Positions 44,986 to 53,279 of a stretch of 64,000 bases of DNA are shown here, one piece after another. A program made the translations under genes and the position numbers. The notes beneath the pieces were generated by a model. It had not been told where the DNA came from, did not search any database, and worked only from the letters and a program-made list of their open reading frames with translations. The DNA is taken from assembly GCA_964506075.1 (NCBI GenBank), contig CAZDKO010000001.1, positions 25,637 to 89,636 of the forward strand, written 5' to 3'. The stretch's first letter is position 1. Every line of letters begins with the position of its first letter. The stretch comes from an uncultured bacterium (lineage in GTDB: Bacteria; CAZDME01; JAYEMH01).

Positions 44986-47709
44986 ATGAATTGTAGATTT
45001 TTCAAAATCGTCAGATTACTCCTCGGAAAATTTTTATTATTTTTAATTTTAGCCGGGTTTATTTTTTCACCTTTCGCCTTTGCCTCTAATGATGACTATA
45101 GTCCTTATGGAGTTATGACTCACTTTGAAAGGCCGGATTTCTATAAGATTGATGACCTTAGAAAAAGCTGTAAATTAATTAGAGAGGCCGGAATACAGTG
45201 GGTGCTTACCTGTTTTAACTGGAAAGATGTTGAACCGCATCAAGGCCATTTTGATTTTTCCCAGACGGATAGAATTGTATATATCACTTCTTCCCATAAT
45301 TTAAAGTTGATGCCTTTAATCTGGCTCTGTCCTGAATGGGCGGAAGATTCTTCGGGAGGCGGCAAAGAAAAAGAATCTTATCTTTATCCCCCCCGGGATA
45401 AAGAGGAATTCGCCAATTTTGTTTATCAGCTGGTAAAAAGGTATAAAAATAAAATTAAATACTGGCAGATTTGGGGGGAAGAAAATACCCCCGGCCGGTG
45501 GCTACCCGAATCAGACCCGGCGGCATACCTTGATTTACTCAAAGCTTCCTACCAGAAAATAAAAGAAGCCGACCCGGAGGCCAAAGTTGTTCTGGGAGGT
45601 TTGGCTTTGCATGATTTAGACAAATTTTTAGAAAAACTCTATCAGCTTGGCGGTAAAGATTATTTTGATATTCTGGCGATCAATCCTTACGTTCACCCCA
45701 CGCTTAATTATGACCCTTATCTGGATAAAAAAGGGGAAGCCCTTGAACTTTTAAAAGATTATATTTTCAGCGTCCGCCAGATTATGGCCAAGCACGGAGA
45801 TTCTTTAAAACCGTTATGGATAACCGAAATAGGTTCTCCCGGACAGGACCAACCGGGAGATTGGTGGTTACTGGGAGAAACTCCGACCGAACAGGAACAG
45901 GCCGAATGGGTGACGAAAATCTACACCGAACTTCTAAAAGAAGACCTGGTTGATAAAATATTCTGGTATAATTTCAGAACCCCGCCCGACCAGCTAAAGG
46001 CCCGCGCTGGTTTGGTGGAAACAGATTACCGGATAAAACCGGCTTATCAGGCTTATAAAAAACTGCCCAAACTCAAAAAACGCCAGGGCTTTAATGTTTT
46101 TCTTATTTCCGTCGATTGTCTGCGGCCCGACCACTTAAGCTGTTACGGTTACTGGCGGCCGACGACTCCGACCATTGATAAACTGGCTGGAGACGGAGTG
46201 AGATTTGCCCGGGTAATCTCGGTGGCCCCCTGGACATCGCCTTCTTTAATTTCTTTACTTACCTCTTTATACCCGCCGGTGCACGGGGTGGACGGACGAA
46301 CCAGATCTTTACCGGAGGGAGCGCCGACGCCGATTAAGATATTGAAAAATCTGGGTTACCTGGTTCCCGGAATATCTTATATTCACACCGTCTGGAATTA
46401 TCAGAATTTAGGGTTTGACGTCGTTAAAGAACCCACCCGTTTTGAAGAAAAAAATGAAGAGGTCCGAATTAACGAATGGCTGGATAAGAACTACCGAAAA
46501 AAGTTCTTTTTCTGGCATCATTTTTATACGCCTCATATACCGTATAATCCCCTGCCTGAGTACGAGAAACTCTTTTTACAAGATGAAAAGGAGCTCCCCC
46601 GGGAGATTAGAAAAAAACTGCGTTTTGTCCGGACTCAGCCGGCCATTCGAGAAGGGGAGTTAAGTTTTACGGAAGAGGAACTTTTCTATATTATATCTCT
46701 TTATGATGCGGAGATAAGACAGTTAGATGACCAGATAGCTTCGGTGGTGAATAAACTTGAAGAGCTGGGTATACTTTATAAGACTATTCTGGTTATTACG
46801 GCCGACCACGGGGAAGAATTTCTTGAACACGGTAATATCGGACACGCCTCAACCACTTTAGCGGCCAGTTTGTATGATGAGTGTCTGCGCATTCCGCTTA
46901 TTATGTGGAATCCCCGCCTTTTACCCCGGTCTGAAATAATCAGCCAGCAAATCCAGAATATAGATATTATGCCGACCATATTTGAGCTTTTAGGTATTGA
47001 TTTAAATATACCGGTAGACGGTAGTTCTCTTATCCCTTTAATTCAGCAGAAAACCGATAAACCCCCCAGGGAATATGCTTTTAGTGATACCACCCCCGGC
47101 GGTTTTCAATCTACCGAGGAACAGGAAAAAAGAAGAATTAATTCCATAAGAACAGAGGATTGGAAATTAATTTATAATTACAGTTCAGAAAAGGAAAATT
47201 ATCTTTTATTTAATTTAAGAGAAGACCCGAAGGAAGAAAAAAATATAATTGAAGATTATCCGCAGATAGTCCGGCAGTTGACTTTTCAGCTTCGCAGATG
47301 GGTTTTTAACTGTCTGGTTAAAAGGAAATGGTTTCTGGCTCAAGGTAAAAAAAAGGAGGAGAAACTCCTTCCCCCTGATTTAGCGGGTAAGATCAGCTCT
47401 CCGGAAGTTATTTATCCCGGCGATAATTCAAATTTAACATACGAAGAAAACAGCGGGAAAGTTATTCTTGAATGGACCGGTGACCCCCGGCTTTCATATA
47501 TCGTTGAATACGACGTCGGTCTTGGTAATTTTAATATGAAAGGTGATTTCCCGTCCGAAGGTACCCGTCAGGAATTTGGTCCTATCCCTAAGGACGTCTG
47601 GAAGCTTTTACCCGCTTATAATCCCTGGAAATTCAGGGTTAAGGTTAAAGGCCAGGAAAATTTACGTAGCCGATGGATTCGTTTTAATTTTTCCCTCCCC
47701 GAAGAATAA
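44986..47709 (+). CDS. Secreted two-domain protein: glycoside-hydrolase-like TIM barrel plus an alkaline-phosphatase-superfamily (sulfatase-like) domain with a non-canonical active site
   Basis: Signal/TM, then ..LTCFNWKDVEPHQGHFDFSQTDRIV.. (GH5/GH42-like barrel). At about residue 370: FLISVDCLRPDHLSCYGYWRPTTPTIDKLAGDGVRF..APWTSPSLISLLTSLYPPVHG. This aligns to the sulfatase signature AP-x-C-x-PSR with Cys->Thr and Arg->Leu. Confidence 0.5.
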   Translation: MNCRFFKIVRLLLGKFLLFLILAGFIFSPFAFASNDDYSPYGVMTHFERPDFYKIDDLRKSCKLIREAGIQWVLTCFNWKDVEPHQGHFDFSQTDRIVYITSSHNLKLMPLIWLCPEWAEDSSGGGKEKESYLYPPRDKEEFANFVYQLVKRYKNKIKYWQIWGEENTPGRWLPESDPAAYLDLLKASYQKIKEADPEAKVVLGGLALHDLDKFLEKLYQLGGKDYFDILAINPYVHPTLNYDPYLDKKGEALELLKDYIFSVRQIMAKHGDSLKPLWITEIGSPGQDQPGDWWLLGETPTEQEQAEWVTKIYTELLKEDLVDKIFWYNFRTPPDQLKARAGLVETDYRIKPAYQAYKKLPKLKKRQGFNVFLISVDCLRPDHLSCYGYWRPTTPTIDKLAGDGVRFARVISVAPWTSPSLISLLTSLYPPVHGVDGRTRSLPEGAPTPIKILKNLGYLVPGISYIHTVWNYQNLGFDVVKEPTRFEEKNEEVRINEWLDKNYRKKFFFWHHFYTPHIPYNPLPEYEKLFLQDEKELPREIRKKLRFVRTQPAIREGELSFTEEELFYIISLYDAEIRQLDDQIASVVNKLEELGILYKTILVITADHGEEFLEHGNIGHASTTLAASLYDECLRIPLIMWNPRLLPRSEIISQQIQNIDIMPTIFELLGIDLNIPVDGSSLIPLIQQKTDKPPREYAFSDTTPGGFQSTEEQEKRRINSIRTEDWKLIYNYSSEKENYLLFNLREDPKEEKNIIEDYPQIVRQLTFQLRRWVFNCLVKRKWFLAQGKKKEEKLLPPDLAGKISSPEVIYPGDNSNLTYEENSGKVILEWTGDPRLSYIVEYDVGLGNFNMKGDFPSEGTRQEFGPIPKDVWKLLPAYNPWKFRVKVKGQENLRSRWIRFNFSLPEE

Positions 47710-47877
47710 AATAACCGTTATTACCCAAATATTATTTTAACTATAAAATTATAATATATAAAAGTGTTTTATGTTGATTAGAGGCAATACATATGTTAGT
47801 TTAATATTAATCCGGCTCTCTCTAAAGTATCAGACGGATAGAAAAGAGGAGCTTTTAACTAATTAAAGGAGATAAAG

Positions 47878-48510
47878 ATGAAAAACTTATTAAAATTTCT
47901 CTCTGAGTTCTCGCCGGTAGCGGTTATGGTTGCTTCTTTAATGTTAACTTTAACCGTGGTTAGCCTGGTCATTTTAACCGGTTACTATGCCTGGGAAACA
48001 AGAGCCTTAAGGAAAATCGCTTCCAAAGCCGTTTTTGCCGAACTTTCTCCCCAGGTTTTTCTGGAAATTTCCGATTCTATAACCGAGGTAAATAGAGATG
48101 AAAAAGATAAAGGTCTCTATATAGCGGTCACGGTTGATATAAAAAACGCCGGGAAAACAGCCGCCAGTCAGATTCAAGGCGGGTATGAGATATTTTTTAA
48201 AGAGGAGAAAAAAGAAGAGGGAATACTCCCGCTTTTACCGGTTTTATTTCCTTCCCAGAATTTACCCGTGCTTTTTAAAACGATTTTTATTCCTCTGGAT
48301 GATAAACAACTGGATAGTTTTACCGAATTGATAAATAACAGGAGAAACCCACAAAACCCAACGGTTAAAGACAGCGATAAGATTATTACGCCGGTGATGT
48401 TAAACGTTCATTTTAAATATATTGACCCGGCCGGGCAAAGTCAGAATTACGGGAGCAGGTTTATATATATCCCCGTTACCCAAAAATGGATGTATACACA
48501 TGAGCAGTAG
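47878..48510 (+). CDS. Hypothetical membrane-anchored protein
   Basis: One N-terminal TM helix (VAVMVASLMLTLTVVSLVILTGYYAW). No recognisable family. Confidence 0.4.
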   Translation: MKNLLKFLSEFSPVAVMVASLMLTLTVVSLVILTGYYAWETRALRKIASKAVFAELSPQVFLEISDSITEVNRDEKDKGLYIAVTVDIKNAGKTAASQIQGGYEIFFKEEKKEEGILPLLPVLFPSQNLPVLFKTIFIPLDDKQLDSFTELINNRRNPQNPTVKDSDKIITPVMLNVHFKYIDPAGQSQNYGSRFIYIPVTQKWMYTHEQ

Positions 48511-49129
48511 ATTAAGAAAAGAGCTGGCTGGATTCGGCCGGAAGCTCTTTGAAAAAGGATTAATTCATGGTTCGGGCGGGAATATAAGCGCGCGGGAAGG
48601 GAAATTTGTTTATCTTTCCCCGAGCGGGTTTTATCTTAATAATATTAAGCCTTCCCAGCACATTAAGCTGAATTTAAGAACCGGTAAAAAAGAAAATTCT
48701 GTTTTAAAGCCCACCTGCGAAACCCCTATGCATCTGGCCTGTTATCGAGCCAGAAGTGATATTCAGGCGGTCATCCATGTCCACCCTCCTTTTGCCATTG
48801 CTTCAAGCTGTGCCGGAATAACCCTCAGAGCTTTATTTCCGGATTTTGTCGTTTTAATCGGGGATAAGGTGCCTTTAGTTCCTTATTTTATTCCCGGCTC
48901 TCAAATTATCGGGGAAAGATTTAAAAAGATTTTTAAAAAATATTCAGCCGTCTTGATTCAGAATCACGGACTGGTTACCGTGGGTAAAAATCTTTCCGAG
49001 GCCTTTCTCCGGGCAGAAATTATTGAGGAAGCGGCTAAGATTTATTACCTGGCTCGCTCACTGGGCCGGGTGAGGTTTCTATCCAAAAAAGAAATAGTGG
49101 AGATTGAAAAGAAATATAAAGGGAAATAG
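48500..49129 (+). CDS. Class II aldolase/adducin-family protein (fuculose-phosphate aldolase / MTRu-1-P dehydratase-like)
   Basis: MSSRLRKELAGFGRKLFEKGLIHGSGGNISAREG..AVIHVHPP..NHGLVTVG. The likely start is ATG 48500, in frame inside the longer track ORF that starts at 48422. Confidence 0.65.
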   Translation: MSSRLRKELAGFGRKLFEKGLIHGSGGNISAREGKFVYLSPSGFYLNNIKPSQHIKLNLRTGKKENSVLKPTCETPMHLACYRARSDIQAVIHVHPPFAIASSCAGITLRALFPDFVVLIGDKVPLVPYFIPGSQIIGERFKKIFKKYSAVLIQNHGLVTVGKNLSEAFLRAEIIEEAAKIYYLARSLGRVRFLSKKEIVEIEKKYKGK

Positions 49130-49130
49130 A

Positions 49131-49290
49131 TAACAGAGTACAGATTACAGAGAACAGAGTGACGAAAAAGTAAATAAAGAATTAAGGATTAAGACGCTCA
49201 CTTTGTTCGCTCTAAGAATTAAGGAATATAAGTAAAATAAATACTTAATTCTTAATCCTTAGTTCTTAATTCTGGATTATCTGTCATTTA
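49131..49290. repeat. Intergenic heptad-word repeat (ACAGANN array plus ATTAAGG/CTTAAT words) containing the 36-bp element copy at 49175-49210
   Basis: acagagt|acagatt|acagaga|acagagt; aggattaagacgCTCACTttgTTCGCTctaagaatt; cttaattcttaatccttagttcttaattc. Confidence 0.6.
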
Positions 49291-49310
49291 ACAGTTAAGG
49301 TCACACAGCT

Positions 49311-50222
49311 ATGTTTACCCAAATGTTAAGCCAGATCAGTATTCTTTTATTAATGGTTTTTATCGGGGTTTTAGCCCGGTTCACCAAAATTTTAACCGAG
49401 CCGGTTACCCGGGACCTGAATAAATTAATTATTGGTCTGACCCTGCCTATTTTATATTTCTACGTTCTGATTGAACAAACCTCCCGGGAGATTCTGTTTT
49501 CCAGCTGGTATCTGCCTTTTCTGGCCGTCGGTATTGTTCTGGGCGGTTTTTTCCTGGCGCGTCTATATACCAAATTGGTTTCTATTCCGCCCGAACAAGA
49601 AAAATCTTTCTTATATCTTTCTTCGTTCACTAACTGCGGATTTTTATCCATTCCTTTAGCTCTTTTTCTTCTGGGAGAAGAGGGGATGGTCAGGGTGGTT
49701 ATTTTTAATCTGGGTTTTTCGGTTCTTATCTGGACCCTGGGAGTAAGTATTCTGGGTGGGAAAAAAAAGGTGAAGTTGATTTTTAAAAATCTGTTTAATG
49801 CCGGGACCGTCGCTTTAGTATTAGGTTTTATCGGTGTAATTGCCGGCTTGAAATTACCTTATGTGGTCAGCGGCGCTTTGGGCCCTATTGGTAAACTGAC
49901 CATTCCTTTAGCGATGCTTCTTATCGGCGGGATACTGGCCGGCCGGGAGATTCATAAAAAAATTGAATTCAAACTGATTGTCCCCTTGATTTTAATCCGT
50001 TTAGTAATTATTCCTTTTTTAGCTCTGGTTATCGGTAAGCTTCTGGTTTTTCCTCCTTTTATTCAAAGTGTCTTTGTCCTTCAGGCGGCGATGCCTTCAG
50101 CTTCAACCACCCCCATCTTCGTTCAGCGTTATGGCGGTGAAGCAGAGTTGGCCGGTTCAGGTGTATTCTTTACCCATATTATTTCCATCGTCACCGTTCC
50201 TTTCTGGATAAGTCTGATATAA
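49311..50222 (+). CDS. AEC-family (auxin efflux carrier / MdcF-like) transporter
   Basis: 303 aa with about 10 TM helices in two 5-TM halves, the typical AEC layout. Confidence 0.55.
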   Translation: MFTQMLSQISILLLMVFIGVLARFTKILTEPVTRDLNKLIIGLTLPILYFYVLIEQTSREILFSSWYLPFLAVGIVLGGFFLARLYTKLVSIPPEQEKSFLYLSSFTNCGFLSIPLALFLLGEEGMVRVVIFNLGFSVLIWTLGVSILGGKKKVKLIFKNLFNAGTVALVLGFIGVIAGLKLPYVVSGALGPIGKLTIPLAMLLIGGILAGREIHKKIEFKLIVPLILIRLVIIPFLALVIGKLLVFPPFIQSVFVLQAAMPSASTTPIFVQRYGGEAELAGSGVFFTHIISIVTVPFWISLI

Positions 50223-50449
50223 AATTCTCACCCAATTCCTATTTTCCTAACCCTACCAAAATGCATAAAAATACATAAGCGATAAGTGTGTGAGTAAATC
50301 TTTAATTTTATATAAAATTAGATCAAATTTAACAGAAAATTCGACTTTTTAAAAGAGATTGTGGTATACTTATTATAATTAGGGTACCTACCTAAAAAAC
50401 GCAGGAAATTACCAACCTGAATAATCACAGAAATAAAAAAGGAGAGAAA

Positions 50450-51658
50450 ATGCAAAAAATATTAATTGGTTTGTTTTTAACCATTATCCTGGTTTTGTCT
50501 TCATCCTCTGTTTCTCAGGCGCTTACCTGGGAGATAAATGAGATTTCAACCACGGCCAACAATTTCTCCCCCCAGATAGACGGAAGCAAAGTGGTCTGGG
50601 CGGGAGCCGACGATTATACTGCCGACATATATCTCTACGATATCAATACCGGAACGGCCGCCAACATTTCAAATAATTCTGAGACAGATAGTTCTCCTCA
50701 GATAAGCGGGAATAATGTCACCTGGTATGGTAGTAACGATTATGATATATCCTTTTATAATGGCACAGAGGTAACGAATATTACCAACAGCCCGGGTTTT
50801 TATGACCTATACCCCGAGATAGATGGAAGCAAGGTGGTCTGGGGAGGAAGAGTTATAGGCACTAGCGTGGCTGAAATATATCTTTACGATTACAGCACCG
50901 GAGGGACAACTAATCTTTCCAACACCCCAGATTACGGTGATGTGGATCCCCGGATAAGCGGGAATTATGTGGTTTGGAACGGGGGCTCTTCCTCCGGACA
51001 AAGCCAGATATACGGTTATAACGGGACGGCGAAAATCCAAATTACAAACAACCTTTATTCAAATACAGCTCCCCAGATAAGCGGAAATTACGTGACCTGG
51101 AAGGGTTATTACAGCGGTAATTACCTCATAGGGCTTTACGATTTTAGTACCGGTGAGACAACTAATATTTATAGTGGTACCACTTGGCACGCTTCACCTC
51201 AGATAGGCGGGCATTATGTAACCTGGCTTCAAAGTGACGGCGTATACCTTTACGATATTGAGACCACGAATATGATTCAGCTTTCCACCAATTATTATTC
51301 CAGCGGGTATAACATAAGCGGGAATAATGTGGTCTGGTGTGAATATGAGAGTATCAACCCCGATCCTTTCGATCCCTTTGGTTCAACAATGTATAAGTAT
51401 GAGATATTCTTTTATGATGGGTCAAATGTAACTCAGATTACCGATAACGGCGAGACCCTGTTTGAGTCTTATTCTGCTCCGGTAATAGACGGGAATAACG
51501 TGGTTTGGACGGCGGATAGGGCCGTATTTCTGGCCAAAGGGTTAGGGGATGAAGAAGAAGAGGAAGAAGAATTAATCCCCGAACCGGCCTCACTTTTGCT
51601 TTTGGGGATGGGGGTATTGGGAATAGGGTTGTTCAGGAGGAGAAGGTTGTTGGGATGA
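50450..51658 (+). CDS. Secreted PD40/TolB-like beta-propeller repeat protein with a PEP-CTERM sorting signal
   Basis: Signal peptide ..SVSQA|LTW. About 8 repeats of the form SPQIDGSKVVW..DIYLYDINTGTAANIS. An acidic stretch EEEEEEE is followed by IPEPASLLLLGMGVLGIGLFRRRRLLG (PEP motif, TM helix, Arg cluster). Confidence 0.75.
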   Translation: MQKILIGLFLTIILVLSSSSVSQALTWEINEISTTANNFSPQIDGSKVVWAGADDYTADIYLYDINTGTAANISNNSETDSSPQISGNNVTWYGSNDYDISFYNGTEVTNITNSPGFYDLYPEIDGSKVVWGGRVIGTSVAEIYLYDYSTGGTTNLSNTPDYGDVDPRISGNYVVWNGGSSSGQSQIYGYNGTAKIQITNNLYSNTAPQISGNYVTWKGYYSGNYLIGLYDFSTGETTNIYSGTTWHASPQIGGHYVTWLQSDGVYLYDIETTNMIQLSTNYYSSGYNISGNNVVWCEYESINPDPFDPFGSTMYKYEIFFYDGSNVTQITDNGETLFESYSAPVIDGNNVVWTADRAVFLAKGLGDEEEEEEELIPEPASLLLLGMGVLGIGLFRRRRLLG

Positions 51659-51815
51659 GTCTGATATAAAATTTCAACTTATTTTCTATTTTTTCTCCGG
51701 ACATTTCACCCTATTACCGCAATTTGATTTCTGATAAAAAAATATGCTATAATTAACCTGTACAAAAACCTACAGAGATTAATTACCAGAATTACCACCT
51801 TATTATAATAATAGA

Positions 51816-53090
51816 ATGAAAAAATCAGTGATTTACTTATTTTCTTTCCTTAGCGCCGCGATTATTCTCGGTATTTTCCCTTCTTCAGGTTTTACCCAAA
51901 CGCACACCATTACCCAGCTTACGGCGCCAGACATAACAGAGGCAGATGAACCTAGAATAAATAACAATGGAGAAGTAGTCTGGTCTGGAGTCGATGAGAA
52001 CGGTAATTATCAGGTACTCTTTTACGATGGTACCACCACATATCAACTTACAGATGATGATAATGATAATTATATGCCTCAGATAAATAACAATGGTCAG
52101 GTAGTTTGGTTGGGAGCTGGCGATATATATTTCTGGGATGGAATACATCCGGCCGGTCCTACCATAACCCGGGTTACCACCACTGACTATTGGGAGAACT
52201 CCTACCATATCAACGATAACGGAGAAATTGTCTGGTATGGTGGTCCGGGCGGCGTGAGCATGAATTATGAAATATATTTCTGGGACGGAAATGATTCCTA
52301 CCAGATTACGGATAATACTTTAGGAGACCATGAACCTAAAATCAACAATAATGGTCGGGTAGTCTGGAATAAGTTTGATGGTCATGACCTGGAAATATAT
52401 TTCTGGGATGGGATAAATCCGGCCAGTCCTACCACAATCCAGATTACCAATAATACTTTGAGTGCTCAATATCAACAGATAAACAACAATGGACAGGTAG
52501 TCTGGTGTGAAGGTTATCATAATGGCGGTAATGAAGACCTATATTTCTGGGACGGAATGGACCCTCTGAACCCCAACATCATCTCGCTGGGCATGGAAGG
52601 CAATGGCAGGTCCTATTATCCCCAGATAAACAATAACGGAGCAGTAGTCTGGTATATGCATGAGTATGATCTTGACCCGGAGAGTGAAGAAGATGATTAT
52701 GAAATCTATTTATGGGACGGAACTAGCATTATCCAGATTACCGATAATGACTTTGATGACGGGGTAGACGGGGTACAGATAAACGATAATGGAGACATAG
52801 TGTGGGTGGGCGGAGTTTTTTGGGGTGCAGGAATAAATACTGAATTATACTTTTATGATGGTTCTACCGGACTTATTACCCAGCTTACCGAGGATACGGC
52901 AACCCACTATTCTCCCCAAATAAATAATAATGGGGATATAGTCTGGTACAGTTACAATGAAGATGAGGAAATGGTCGTCTTGTTTGCCAGCAGAGACCAG
53001 GGTGAAGACGTCATTCCCGAACCGGCCTCACTTTTGCTTTTGGGGATAGGGGTGGTGGGTATAGGGTTGTTCAGGAAAAAGAAAAATTAG
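51816..53090 (+). CDS. Secreted beta-propeller repeat protein with a PEP-CTERM sorting signal (paralog)
   Basis: Signal peptide. Repeats PQINNNGQVVW..EIYFWDG..QITDN. The C-terminus is IPEPASLLLLGIGVVGIGLFRKKKN. The roughly 60 nt encoding the sorting signal is nearly identical to 51579-51640. Confidence 0.75.
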   Translation: MKKSVIYLFSFLSAAIILGIFPSSGFTQTHTITQLTAPDITEADEPRINNNGEVVWSGVDENGNYQVLFYDGTTTYQLTDDDNDNYMPQINNNGQVVWLGAGDIYFWDGIHPAGPTITRVTTTDYWENSYHINDNGEIVWYGGPGGVSMNYEIYFWDGNDSYQITDNTLGDHEPKINNNGRVVWNKFDGHDLEIYFWDGINPASPTTIQITNNTLSAQYQQINNNGQVVWCEGYHNGGNEDLYFWDGMDPLNPNIISLGMEGNGRSYYPQINNNGAVVWYMHEYDLDPESEEDDYEIYLWDGTSIIQITDNDFDDGVDGVQINDNGDIVWVGGVFWGAGINTELYFYDGSTGLITQLTEDTATHYSPQINNNGDIVWYSYNEDEEMVVLFASRDQGEDVIPEPASLLLLGIGVVGIGLFRKKKN

Positions 53091-53158
53091 TTAAAAACGA
53101 CCGCCCGCCTTTATCGGGTAAAAGAAGGCAAAAAATAGTATCCGATATTTAATTCCGG

Positions 53159-53197
53159 AAGACGTAACTATTCTAAAATGGTTACGTCTTTTTTTAT
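53159..53197 (+). terminator. Rho-independent terminator after the PEP-CTERM pair
   Basis: aagacgtaac..(12-nt loop)..gttacgtctt forms a 10-bp perfect stem followed by T7. Confidence 0.65.
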
Positions 53198-53279
53198 TCC
53201 GATAGCCAGGGAAATATGCTAAGCTTAGGCAATAAAACAATTGCGTTCCGCCGGGGAAAATTTTAAATAATTAGAAAAA

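Noticed and set aside
53091-53279. Mobile element or integrase between the PEP-CTERM pair and mfd
   Set aside because: The gap contains only a terminator hairpin and AT-rich sequence, with no ORF longer than 40 codons and no inverted terminal repeats.
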